Shown piece after piece: positions 38,599-49,005 of a stretch of DNA of 64,000 nucleotides; position 1 is the stretch's first letter; each line of letters begins with the position of its first letter. The position numbers and the translations under genes are program-made. The notes below the pieces were generated by a model. The model ran no database searches. It worked only from the letters and a program-made list of their open reading frames with translations, and was not told the origin of the DNA. This stretch comes from Candidatus Hydrogenedentota bacterium. GTDB taxonomy: Bacteria > Hydrogenedentota > Hydrogenedentia > Hydrogenedentales > SLHB01. The stretch covers positions 448,001 through 512,000 of the forward strand of contig CAVUWV010000008.1 of assembly GCA_963745075.1 (NCBI GenBank), given 5' to 3'.

Positions 38599-40564
38599 TC
38601 AGGCGGCATTCTTCGCGCCATCGGGACCACTCAATTCGACGCGGGCTTCGCCTTTCCCGTCGACGGCAACGTCGACGGAGGCCTTGCCGGGAACGCGTGT
38701 CTGTGTTGTGGGCGAACCGTTGACGTAATCCAGCAGGTGCCCGAGAACGGGGGTCGCGGAGCGCCGGAAGTCATCTACCGTGCGTCGCTTGATGTCTGCG
38801 AAGACGGGCTCCAGCCGGTACGTGCCCGCCGGTAATCCGCTCACGCGGAACGTTCCGTCATCCGAGATGGGGATGTAGTCGGGCACAATCGCACCACGTT
38901 GGCGTGCGTCGTCCCAAAGGTATTCCACGCGGACCACCGCATCCTCGGCATCGGCAGGAAGCCCCGTGACGGTACCCTGGATGCCGCCGCCGCTGTGCAA
39001 ATCAAAGTCTTTCTGGACGTAGCCGTTCTCGGGCACGTCGACGGCGAAATACCGATGCATGGTATCGTAGTACATGCGATTGTGGCCCTTGGCCCGCCGG
39101 TACGAGATCGACTCGGGCACGGCGGCTTCGACTCCGATGAGATATCGGCCGGGTGGGAGGCCGGTCAGTTGATACCATCCGCCGTCATCCGCTTGCGTTC
39201 GGAGTAAGACTTGGGAATTGTCGCGCTCGTAGGCAACCGATACCTGGGCAACGGCGGGAGTCTCGTTAAACCGGACGAACCCTTCGACCAACGCCCCGGA
39301 CTCTGTGAAATAAAAATCCATCTGGACGGGACTCGTATCGGGACCTACGGTGACCTGCCGAATGGCGAGCCGGCGCGGCGCGCCGTCGGACAGGCCCGAG
39401 ACTTCATCGGGATCGATTTCGCCGACCAGCGTAATTGATCCGGGCGCCACGTGCCGGAAACCGTAGGAGCCATCACGGTCGGTTTCCTGGAACCGGCTGT
39501 AGTGGGTCCCGGGGATGCGGATTTCGACACGCGCGTCGCGTACGGGCTCTTCATCGAGGAAAATGTTGCCTTGCACTCGATACCAGGAATGAGTTGGACA
39601 TCAACGCGCACTTGCGAGCCGGGATCGATATTCGGAACGTCTACCGGCGCCGGGGCGAAGTCCTTATGAAGCGCGACGAAGCGCGCGGGGGTATCCGCCA
39701 CGCCATGGACCATATACGTTCCTTCTTCCGTTGTCCGGGCCCCCACATCGAATTTATCCTTGCTGACGGTTTGACGGGACGATTTTGACGCCTTGAACGG
39801 GATTACCATCGGTGTCCGTCACCTTTCCGACGATCGTGGATGCGCGTTTCAAGGGAAACTCGAATACGGGGCGCGGCGGTGCGGGGCTTTTCGGCAATGC
39901 CAGCTGGAACGGTAAGTACCCGTCGGCGCGAACGACGATATTGGTTGCGTTGCCAATTCCGTGTCGCCGTGAAGATGCCGTCCTCGTTCGGTTGCACGGA
40001 AACGAAGCCACTTTCTCCATCGAGGCGAAACCCCGGAATACTGGCTCGAAAGAGGAGATCGTATTGCGGAATGGGTTCACCGGTGTCCGCCGCGTACACT
40101 TTGCATAGGACTTCATTGTTCGCGTCCAGTTTCACAACCAGCAGGTTGCTGGCGCCCTGGAACGTAGTCACGCCGCGGTTCGGCGGGTAGTCATCGTGAT
40201 CGACGGACAAGGCGACTTCGCCGGCCGGGACATCGGAGAAATGGCAAGTCCCATTGCCATCGGTCGTCTGTTGCAGTTGCCGGGCGTCCTCGATAATGAG
40301 ATCGACTTCCGCTCCGGATATGGGCTCGGGATGTGGACGGTTGTCGGATACATACACCGTGATGCCTTCGGCAGGCACATCCGGCAGTTGTGGCAGGTCG
40401 CTTTCGGTGACACGATGCGAGGTTCCATCAACGTCGAAAACGATGGGCACGTCTTTCGATGCGCTACCGCCGCATCCGGTCAACACGGATGAAAGACAGC
40501 ACAGCCCCGCGAGGCCACAGAGGACGCCAAGGCGAACACGGCCACAAAAGGGTTCCATGGTCAA
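38599..40564 (-). pseudogene. Lipoprotein with carboxypeptidase-regulatory-like (prealbumin-fold) repeats, broken by three frameshifts (real or assembly error)
   Basis: VLTGC lipobox; TTDGNGTCHFSDVPAG, TDRDGSYGFRHVAPG, ADDGGWYQLTGLPPGRY repeats spread over four ORF segments (shifts near 39965, 39775, 39580). Confidence 0.65.
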
Positions 40565-40726
40565 AGCCTCTTGGTTGTGGAACAGCGAAAGACGCCGAAG
40601 TGGTTACCTTCGTTCACGTGAAACGTCTTCGCGATCGAATGAATCGATTGAATTGAGCGATGTTCACCGCAGCGCCGACTGCCGCGTTGAACCACGCCTC
40701 CTACCATACGGATTGGACCGCCCGTA

Positions 40727-41623
40727 TTACAATTTCTTGTCGAACCAGTCCGCCATCACCGCGACTTCCTCGGGAATGGTCGGCCACGGATGGGCACCGC
40801 CGGGTTTGACGATCAGTTCCGCTTCGCCGCCGGCTTCTTTTACAGCGTTGACGAAGTCCTGGGACTGTTGCAGGGGCACGAGGGGGTCGGCGTCACCGTG
40901 GATCAGGAGGAGGGGCGGCAACGGTTCGCCCTTCTCGATCTGGTGAAGTGGAGACAGTTTTCGGGCTTGGGCGTCGATTTCATCTTCCGTGTGGCCTTCG
41001 ACGCCGCCGTAGAACAGGAGGGCGCCGATATCGCCGCTGAAGTCGGGCTTGGAGCCGCCCCAGTTCAGAAAATCCGTGGGTGGGAAGAAGACCGCGACCG
41101 CTTTGACGCGGGTGCTCTGGCGCATCAAGGGATCTTTGGCATCGGGATCTCCGTCTTCAGCGGTTACCGTAGCGAGGAGCGTGAGATGGCCGCCCGCAGA
41201 CGCGCCCATCATCCCGAGGCGGTTCGGATCGACGCCGTAGTCGGCGGCGTGGGCTTTCACCCAGCGAATGGCGGTCTTGGTATTGGCGAGCAATTCGTCG
41301 CCGGCATACTTCGACACGGAACCGGGCCGCATGGCGAAGACGGTGTATCCGCGGCTGCAGTAAGTGGTGTACACTTGCGCCAGCATATGGTCGCGGATCT
41401 TGCCCCGATCCGAATGCCACGCCCCGCTGACGAGATCGAGGATCCCGAGGCCGTTGGACGGACCGGTCGGCGTGAAAATGTCGCAGAGCAACCCAGTGCC
41501 GTGGATCTCAGCGTAGACCACATTTTCCTGCTGCTTGAAGGGCAAGGTGTCCTGCTGTGCGAAGGCGCGGACGGTAGTAGCCAGAAAAATCACAGAGTAT
41601 ATGAGTGTGCCGTAACGAAACAT
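40727..41623 (-). CDS. Secreted alpha/beta hydrolase (BD-FAE/Aes-like esterase)
   Basis: GASAGGHL nucleophile elbow, IHGDADPLVP, GGAHPW. Confidence 0.9.
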   Translation of the reverse strand: MFRYGTLIYSVIFLATTVRAFAQQDTLPFKQQENVVYAEIHGTGLLCDIFTPTGPSNGLGILDLVSGAWHSDRGKIRDHMLAQVYTTYCSRGYTVFAMRPGSVSKYAGDELLANTKTAIRWVKAHAADYGVDPNRLGMMGASAGGHLTLLATVTAEDGDPDAKDPLMRQSTRVKAVAVFFPPTDFLNWGGSKPDFSGDIGALLFYGGVEGHTEDEIDAQARKLSPLHQIEKGEPLPPLLLIHGDADPLVPLQQSQDFVNAVKEAGGEAELIVKPGGAHPWPTIPEEVAVMADWFDKKL

Positions 41624-41716
41624 GGGACCCTCCCTCGTTCGAGTACGTTGCCGGAAAACCCGGGGTGCGAATCAGTCCCAAACGCTACCGGAACTGCACA
41701 AGATTATCCAGTGACG

Positions 41717-43051
41717 TCAGTTTGCGCCGGGCGCGGGCTCGTCTCCGCCCGCGTCCCGATGAAAAAGTTCCCCGTATTTCAAGGGCTGGCCCGTTTCCCA
41801 GGGGTGGTACGTATTGCAAAACGCGACGCGTTGGGCGATGGGGGGATGGCTCGAGCGCAAAACGGTCATGAGCCAGCCGGGGTCCGGGTAGCCGAGGTTT
41901 TCGGAGTAGAGTTTGACGAAGGCTTCCGCGGCGGCGTGGTTATTCTGGGTCAATTCGAGGCCGAAGCGGTCGGCTTCGTGTTCGATGTGTCGCGAGTAGG
42001 CGAGTCCCACCGGTTCGAGGAAGAGCGAGACGACGCCGAACACGACCAGCAGCAAGGGCAGCGATGCAACGTCCCAGAGCCGATCGAACCCGAATCGGGG
42101 CGAGAAGCGCCCGAGAAACCGCAAGGCAAGACGATTGGCCAAAAAGAGTCCAGCCATGATCAGGGCGGAGAAGAAGAAGATTCCGTGCACGACGTGGCCG
42201 AGAACGTAGTGGCCCATTTCGTGGGCCATGACGAAGAGGATTTCGTTCTCGTCGAGTTTTTTCAGGATGGTGTCCCACAGCACAATTCGTTTCGTACCGA
42301 GGAATCCAGTCACGTACGCGTTGATAGCATTGGTATCGACGCTCTTATCCACTTCGTACACGCGGCCGCCTTCGATGCCGGCGGACTCGGCGAGGTGGAG
42401 GATCTTGGTTTCGAGCGCCTTGTCTTTCATCGGCCCGAATTTGTTGAAGAGCGGATCGATCCAGATGGGCATGACGAACATCATAAGCGTGATGAACGGC
42501 ACCATCAGGAGTCCCGTGTAGAACCACCAGCGGCGGGGGGACTTCTTCAAGAGCAGGTATGGAACCCACAGAAAGAGACAGCCAAAAACCGCGTAGACGG
42601 CGAAGCTCATGAGGGAATCAGTGAACCATTTCAAGAAGGTCTGGTTGGACAAACCGTAGGCATGCTGACGTATGTACCCGGCGTAGAACGACAAGGGCCA
42701 ATCGATGACGTACATTACGGCCATGAACAGGACCCAGTAGACGGCGATGGTGAAGAACCAGTTGCGTCCCAGGCGCCGAGCGGTGTTGCGCAGGGTAGCC
42801 GAGAAGCCGGTGAATACGATCATCCCGGGAATCAGGATTTCCCATAATTTATTGAATACCCACAGGGCTACCCCGGTGCGGTAGAAGCGCACGGCTTTCC
42901 CGGATGGCGGCGGCACGGTCACGGAGGCCGCATCCGTCTTCTCAGTTTGCGCTGCGCCGTCGGGAGCGGGTGCGGGATCCTGAGCGGCGGCGGCAGGAAT
43001 ACGTATCGCTGCAATCAACAACAGGAAGACCAGGCAGCGAATGACACGCAT
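41717..43051 (-). CDS. M48 family (Ste24-like) membrane metalloprotease
   Basis: NAYVTGF, RIVLWDT, AHEMGH, EHEADRF, SHPPIAQR. Confidence 0.92.
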   Translation of the reverse strand: MRVIRCLVFLLLIAAIRIPAAAAQDPAPAPDGAAQTEKTDAASVTVPPPSGKAVRFYRTGVALWVFNKLWEILIPGMIVFTGFSATLRNTARRLGRNWFFTIAVYWVLFMAVMYVIDWPLSFYAGYIRQHAYGLSNQTFLKWFTDSLMSFAVYAVFGCLFLWVPYLLLKKSPRRWWFYTGLLMVPFITLMMFVMPIWIDPLFNKFGPMKDKALETKILHLAESAGIEGGRVYEVDKSVDTNAINAYVTGFLGTKRIVLWDTILKKLDENEILFVMAHEMGHYVLGHVVHGIFFFSALIMAGLFLANRLALRFLGRFSPRFGFDRLWDVASLPLLLVVFGVVSLFLEPVGLAYSRHIEHEADRFGLELTQNNHAAAEAFVKLYSENLGYPDPGWLMTVLRSSHPPIAQRVAFCNTYHPWETGQPLKYGELFHRDAGGDEPAPGAN

Positions 43052-43213
43052 GGTTTTCGGATCCTCCGGTAGATTCTGACGGGACCAGCCGTTGGACGCA
43101 ACGTTACGGTACCGGAAAGGCGGGGGGACAATAAAGGTTCATCTCCCAACACCGGGGACCATACCTCGATTGAAACTGGTTGCGTCTTGATTTCATTGAG
43201 TCGTTCCAGAGAG

Positions 43214-43295
43214 AAGACCCCCCTCTAACTCCCCCGTGAACGGGGGGAGAACGGGCTCCCTCCCCGTTCACGGGGAGGGCCTGGGAGGGGGTCTT
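43214..43295. repeat. REP-like GC-rich inverted repeat (CCCCCTCTAACTCCCCCGTGAACGGGGGGAG type)
   Basis: Two CCCCGT(G/T)(A/C)ACGGGG hairpins within outer AAGACCCCC...GGGGGTCTT arms. Confidence 0.75.
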
Positions 43296-43487
43296 GTGGC
43301 GCAAATCCTATTCGTAAAAGAATTGATTTCTCCCCATTCTTTGGAGATGAACCACAATAAAGGGGGATTGGTGCGATTACGAGAACGAGAACAGGGGCGC
43401 ACCCACGGAAGGGTGCATAGGTGGACTGGTGCGGGGACGGTCAAGATGTGCGATAATGGGTATACGAAAGGAGTCATCATTCGCATT

Positions 43488-44318
43488 ATGGCACAGCGAG
43501 AGGAAATTCCGCATCTGATTCATCTGCTCGACGACGAGTCGTCCGTCGTACGCGAACAGGTGCTGCACGAGTTGCTGGCGTTCGGCCCCGGGTTGGAAGA
43601 GATGCTGCGGGAGTTGGACGACCAATTGACGCCGGCCCAGCGGGCGTTGGTGACGCAATTGGTAGCGGGTCATCTGGAGATTCGGGCGCGGCGCGACGCG
43701 TGGCGAATCTGGCCGTCGCTGCCGACGCGGCGCGAACAATTGGAGCGGGCCTTCGATCTCCTGGCGCAGTTTCAGTTTGGCTGGATGCCGCCGGTGCACG
43801 TGTCCGAGTTGCTCGACGACCTGGCGAAGGAATTCAAAGCCACGGGCCACGCGCGCGATGCCGTGTCCTTGAACCGCTTCCTGTTTGTGTCCAAACGGTT
43901 CCGTGGGTGCAACGAGGATTATTACGAGCCCCTGAACAGCAACCTCATCCATGTGTTGGACGAAGGTAAGGGGCTGCCCATTAGCTTGGTGTGTGTGTTC
44001 ATGCTGGTGGGAGAGCGGGTCGACGTGAAGATCGAAGGGTGTGGCGTGCCGGGGCATTACCTCGCGCGGGCGAACGCGGCGGATCGCGACACCTATTTCG
44101 ACTGCTACAGCGAAGGCCGGATGTTGACACGCCGGGACGTGGACAAGATCCGGCGGCGGCTGTCGCCGAATCTGACTCATCTGCTCACCGAAGTGCCTAC
44201 CGCCCAAAACATCATTCGTCGCGTGCTGCGCAATCTCATCAACGCCTACGAGATCGAAAACGAGCACGACAAGAGCGCGCTCATGGCGGAACTGCTGGAC
44301 GAGGTGCGCGTCAGCTAG
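43488..44318 (+). CDS. SirB1-like / transglutaminase-core family protein
   Basis: FRGCNEDYYEPLNSNLIHVL, GLPISL, GVPGHY, IIRRVLRNL. Confidence 0.85.
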   Translation: MAQREEIPHLIHLLDDESSVVREQVLHELLAFGPGLEEMLRELDDQLTPAQRALVTQLVAGHLEIRARRDAWRIWPSLPTRREQLERAFDLLAQFQFGWMPPVHVSELLDDLAKEFKATGHARDAVSLNRFLFVSKRFRGCNEDYYEPLNSNLIHVLDEGKGLPISLVCVFMLVGERVDVKIEGCGVPGHYLARANAADRDTYFDCYSEGRMLTRRDVDKIRRRLSPNLTHLLTEVPTAQNIIRRVLRNLINAYEIENEHDKSALMAELLDEVRVS

Positions 44319-44430
44319 CGCATCTCAGCGCGACCAATCTTTTCACGCAGCCGTTGCGGGCCCGTTGTACTACTCCGATGATCGCAACTCACACTTCGGG
44401 TGTGCATGTAGGACGGGAATGATTCGCGTC

Positions 44431-47073
44431 CTACGGGTGGTTCGGTTCGTCTCCGGTGTGATTTGCCAAATGAACGATCAGGTTCGCGACCAGTCCCGTC
44501 CATCCGGTCTGATGGCTGGCGCCGAGGCCGGCGCCGGTATCGCCATTGAAATACTCGTGGAACCACAAGTTGTCGCACCAGAGGGGATCCGTATTGTGGG
44601 GCGTACGGTTTCCCCAAAAGGGCCGGCAATCGCCGTCCCGTTTGAAGATGCGGACGAGCCGGCGGGAAAGTTCGTGGGCGACTTCTCTCAGGGTCATTTC
44701 ATTGCCGGAGCCGGTGGGGCATTCGACGGTGAAACGAGGGCCCCAGTACGCGTAGTAACGGTGCAAGGCGTCGATCAGCAGGTAGTTCACGGGGAACCAG
44801 ATGGGGCCGCGCCAATTCGAGTTTCCGCCGAAAAGGGAACTGGCGGACTCGGCGGGTTCGTAATTCACTTCGGCGCGATAGCCTTCGGCCTCGAACACGT
44901 AGGGGTGGTCGAGATGGTACTTGGAGAGCGACCGGATACCGAAGTCGGAGAGGAACTCGTTTTCATCGAGCATGACGCGCAAGATCTTGCGTAGTCCATG
45001 CTGGTTCAGCAGAGACAGGCAACAGCGGCCGGCGCGATCGGGTTCGAAAATGCAGGAGATGTTGCCCGTCAGATCGGGCCGGTGCTCGTAGAACCAATCC
45101 ATGCGGCGGGCGAAGTCCGGGGTCGCGTGCAATTTTTCGTGGTTGATGAGTTCCACTGCCAGCAAGGGGATTAGACCGACCATCGAGCGCAGCCGGATGG
45201 GTTCCCGATGTCCGTCGGGAAAACGGATCTGGTCGTAGAAGAAGCTGTCCTCGTCGTGCCAGAGCGATTGGCCGGACCCGTCAATATTGTGGATGGCGTC
45301 CGCAATGTAGAGGAAGTGTTCGAAGAATTTGGAGGCCGTGTCCTCGTAGGCTTTGCTCGTTTGCGTTAGTTCCCAGGCCATGGTCAGCATGCGCAGGCAG
45401 TACATGGCCATCCAGCTCGTGGCATCGCTTTGTTCCAACACGCCGCCCGTGGGCAAGGGTTTGCTGCGGTCGAAGACGCCAATGTTGTCCATGCCGAGAA
45501 AGCCGCCGTTGAAGATGTTGTCGCCTTTGTCATCTCTGCGGTTCACCCACCACGTGAAATTCATGAGTAGTTTTTGGAATACGGCTTCAAGATAGCGCGT
45601 GTCGCCATTGCCGGTCGTGTCCCGTTCCATCCGGTAGACCTGGAACGCGGCCCAGGCGTGGACGGGCGGGTTCACATCGGAGAAGTCCCACTCGTAAGCG
45701 GGGAGTTGGCCGTTGGGATGCATGTACCACTCGCGGGTGAACAATTCGATCTGCCGCTTCGCGAACTCCCCGTCGATGAGGGCGTGGGTGATCGCGTGGA
45801 AGGCGGAATCCCACACGGCGAACCAGGGGTATTCCCATGTGTCCGGCATAGCGAGGACGTCGTCGTTGTAGATGTGCCGCCACTCCTCGTTGCGCACGCG
45901 ATTGCGGTGCGGCGGCGGCATGGTGGGGTCGCCCTTGAGCCAGGTTTCCACGATGTAGTGGTAGAACTGCTTGTTCCAGATCATGCCGGCGAGCGCCTGG
46001 CGCGTAATACTCCGCTCATCGTCGTCCAGGCGATCCGGCAGCCTTGCGGCATAGAATTCGTCGGCCTCGCGGATGACCTTGCCGAACCGTTTGGAGAGCG
46101 TCGACTCTCCGACGGATTTCGTGTCGCTGCGCGCGAGACGGAGCACGATGCTGCGGGTTTCGCCAGGACCCAACTCGAGGGTGTATCGGGCGGCGCACTT
46201 CGTGCCGCCGTCGCGGGATACCGCGTTTTCATCCCCGTGAACGATGTAGCGATGAATGCCGTCTTTCACGCGAGGCGCGGGATTGTCGACCTGATAGAGC
46301 CGTCGCTGGTTCGTTTCGTTTTCCGTAAAGACAATTTCGTCCGACGCCGGCGCCCAGAGGCGATAGGTCCCGAGCGTGGGGTGTTCGGAAACGACGGCAT
46401 CCTCGCCGTCTCGCGAAACCGACGGCCGCGGCGCGTTCTCGGTCCAGGTCCACGTATTGCGAAACCAGAGTGTGGGCAGCACCGTAAGCGTCGCGGTCTC
46501 GGCGCTTTGATTGGTTACGGTGATCTTTATCGCGATGTCTTCGGGGGCGGTTTTCGCGTATTCGATGAGCACGTCGAAGAAACGGTTGTCCTGAAAGATG
46601 CCGGTATCAACCAATTCGAATTCGGGTTGGGTTTTGGTGCGGCGGCGGTTTTCGCCCGCGAGCAGATCGTAAGGGAACGCGTCGATCGGGTAGCGGTAGA
46701 GGTACTTCAGGTAGCTGTGCGACGGCGTAGCGTCGAGGTACCAGTAGCACTCCTTTACGTCCTCACCCTGGTTTCCTCCATGGTTGGAGAGGCCGTACAG
46801 GCGCTCCTTGAGGATGTCGTCGTGGCCGTTCCACAGGGCCACCGCGAAACAAAGCCGTTGGTGGTTGTCGCTGATGCCGGCGATGCCGTCTTCGCCCCAA
46901 CGGTAGGTGTAGGAGCGGGCCAGGTCGTGGGTGACGTACCGCCAGGCGTCGCCGTCGGGGGAGTAGTCTTCGCGCACGGTGCCCCACTGCCGCTCGGAGA
47001 CGTACGGTCCCCATTTGCGCCAATGTTTTTTGTGCGCGGCGGTTTCGCGTAGACGCCGTTCTTCGGCGGTCAT
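44431..47073 (-). CDS. MGH1/GH63-like glucosidase
   Basis: WGPYVSERQWGTVREDYS, WEYPWFAVWD, WRGPIWFPVN, GLGASHQTGWT. Confidence 0.92.
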   Translation of the reverse strand: MTAEERRLRETAAHKKHWRKWGPYVSERQWGTVREDYSPDGDAWRYVTHDLARSYTYRWGEDGIAGISDNHQRLCFAVALWNGHDDILKERLYGLSNHGGNQGEDVKECYWYLDATPSHSYLKYLYRYPIDAFPYDLLAGENRRRTKTQPEFELVDTGIFQDNRFFDVLIEYAKTAPEDIAIKITVTNQSAETATLTVLPTLWFRNTWTWTENAPRPSVSRDGEDAVVSEHPTLGTYRLWAPASDEIVFTENETNQRRLYQVDNPAPRVKDGIHRYIVHGDENAVSRDGGTKCAARYTLELGPGETRSIVLRLARSDTKSVGESTLSKRFGKVIREADEFYAARLPDRLDDDERSITRQALAGMIWNKQFYHYIVETWLKGDPTMPPPHRNRVRNEEWRHIYNDDVLAMPDTWEYPWFAVWDSAFHAITHALIDGEFAKRQIELFTREWYMHPNGQLPAYEWDFSDVNPPVHAWAAFQVYRMERDTTGNGDTRYLEAVFQKLLMNFTWWVNRRDDKGDNIFNGGFLGMDNIGVFDRSKPLPTGGVLEQSDATSWMAMYCLRMLTMAWELTQTSKAYEDTASKFFEHFLYIADAIHNIDGSGQSLWHDEDSFFYDQIRFPDGHREPIRLRSMVGLIPLLAVELINHEKLHATPDFARRMDWFYEHRPDLTGNISCIFEPDRAGRCCLSLLNQHGLRKILRVMLDENEFLSDFGIRSLSKYHLDHPYVFEAEGYRAEVNYEPAESASSLFGGNSNWRGPIWFPVNYLLIDALHRYYAYWGPRFTVECPTGSGNEMTLREVAHELSRRLVRIFKRDGDCRPFWGNRTPHNTDPLWCDNLWFHEYFNGDTGAGLGASHQTGWTGLVANLIVHLANHTGDEPNHP

Positions 47074-47154
47074 GATGTAACGACTCCTTGCAGATTTCGA
47101 CGGTACGCGCCAACCGGTGCGCGCCGTTTCATTCAACCGCGTCGCGGTACCGTG

Positions 47155-48795
47155 TCAGCCACGGAAATAAACGAGGACACAAGTCACGATGATCAGCAGT
47201 ACGACGGTCAGGCCGGCGTTGAGTTTCTTGCCCTTGGCTTCCAGTTCGATGCCCTCGATGGCGGCCTCTTTCTCCGCGGTCTGGAACGTAAGGCCGCGAA
47301 GCTGGGCCTCGGGCACGGGGCGCGTCAAGAGGCTGACGACGATCAGAATTCCCGAGCAGATAGCGAAGAGCAGCACGCAAAAGTGCAGGAAATTAATCGT
47401 GGCGAAGCGGTAGAGCAATCCGTCGCCAAGATGGGTCTTGTTGAGTTCGAGCACGAGCCGGGTCATTCCGATGACGAATCCGGAGATCATGGCGGCCATG
47501 GCGCCGGGGCCGTTGACCCGTTTGAAAAAGATGCCGAAAAGGAAGACGGCGGCGATGGGCGGGGCGATGTAGGCCTGGACACTTTGCAGGTACTGATAGA
47601 GTTGGCCGGAGATGTAACTCATGAAAGGTATCCAGGCCAATCCCAGGGCCACCATCACGACGGTGGAGATCTGGCCGACCCAGACGAGCTGGCGTTCCGA
47701 CGCCGTGGGGTGGAGTTTCTTGTAGATGTCCCACGTGACGAGGGTCGAGCACGAGTTGAACACCGAGGACAGCGAACTCATGAGCGCGGCCAGCAATCCG
47801 CCGACCACGAGTCCCCGGACGCCAACGGGCAGCAAGGCGCCGACCAATACCGGCAACGCGTGATCGGGCTCATCCAGTGTTAACTGGTGCTGCTTGGCGA
47901 GGGCGTAGGCGATGACGCCGGGAATCACGAAGATGAACAAGGGCAAGACTTTCAGGAATCCGGCGAAGATGGCGCCGCGCCGGCCGACTTCGACGTTGGG
48001 TGCGGATAACACGCGCTGGACGATGAATTGATCCGTGCACCAGTACCACACGCCCAGGATCGGCGCGCCGAAGACGATGCCGGTCCACGGGAACGCAGGG
48101 TCGGTGGCGGGCTTCCACAGCGTGAAGAAATCGCTGCCCGCCGTTTCGTACAACGCATTCCATCCACCGATCTTTTCGAGGCCAATGACCGCCACCGCAA
48201 TGCCGCCCGCGACGAGCACGAACATTTGGAACATGTCGGTGTAGAGCACGGCGCGCAATCCGCCGAAGACGGTGTAAATACCGGTGGCGACGACGACGAT
48301 GAGGGCGCCGGTCCAGAAGTTGATGCCCATGAGGGATTCGAAGACGATGCCACCGGCGTAGATGGACACGGAGATCTTGGTGAGCACATATCCGACGATC
48401 GAGATGAGCGCCAGGTACCAGCGGGTCGCGGGGGAGTAGCGCCGTTCCAGGAACTCGGGCATGGTGAACACGCCGCTCTTGATGTAGAAGGGCACAAAAA
48501 CCCAACCCAACAACAGGAGGAGGAACGACGCGAGGATTTCGAATTGCCCCACGGCGACGCCGCTGGCGGCGCCAGTCCCGGCGAGGCCTACGAGATGCTC
48601 GGAACCGATGTTCGACGCGAAGAGGGACGCGCCGATGACAAACCATCCAGCGTGCCTGCCCGCAAGGAAGTAATTGGTGGACGTGTCGCGGGTATGATCG
48701 CGCCACGTGGACCAGAAGGCGACGCCGAACACGGCGACAAAGTAGGCCCCGATGATGATCCAATCCAAGGTAACCAGCGAACCGGCTGAATTCAT
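47155..48795 (-). CDS. Sodium:solute symporter (sugar, SGLT-like)
   Basis: YFLAGR, ASNIGSEHLVGLAG, GGLRAVLYTD, WYWCTDQFIVQRVL. Confidence 0.93.
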   Translation of the reverse strand: MNSAGSLVTLDWIIIGAYFVAVFGVAFWSTWRDHTRDTSTNYFLAGRHAGWFVIGASLFASNIGSEHLVGLAGTGAASGVAVGQFEILASFLLLLLGWVFVPFYIKSGVFTMPEFLERRYSPATRWYLALISIVGYVLTKISVSIYAGGIVFESLMGINFWTGALIVVVATGIYTVFGGLRAVLYTDMFQMFVLVAGGIAVAVIGLEKIGGWNALYETAGSDFFTLWKPATDPAFPWTGIVFGAPILGVWYWCTDQFIVQRVLSAPNVEVGRRGAIFAGFLKVLPLFIFVIPGVIAYALAKQHQLTLDEPDHALPVLVGALLPVGVRGLVVGGLLAALMSSLSSVFNSCSTLVTWDIYKKLHPTASERQLVWVGQISTVVMVALGLAWIPFMSYISGQLYQYLQSVQAYIAPPIAAVFLFGIFFKRVNGPGAMAAMISGFVIGMTRLVLELNKTHLGDGLLYRFATINFLHFCVLLFAICSGILIVVSLLTRPVPEAQLRGLTFQTAEKEAAIEGIELEAKGKKLNAGLTVVLLIIVTCVLVYFRG

Positions 48796-49005
48796 GGACT
48801 TCCCCTCTCCGCGTCCTGGGTTGCTTGCGCGCCACGAGCCCCCATCGTATGCCGAGGCGCGGCGTGCGTCAAGACGGACGGGGATGGACGAAATGGATAG
48901 GGATTGGGGAACGGGGCGTTGTCAGTCGGTCGACGGTTCCGATATGCTTTGGAGAGGGTAGGTTGACACTGCCCGATCTTTTGCAGCCAACGCACGGAGT
49001 TTCCT

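Noticed and set aside
43236..43487. N-terminal extension of the SirB1-like ORF
   Set aside because: It runs through a REP element; ATG 43488 is the more plausible start.
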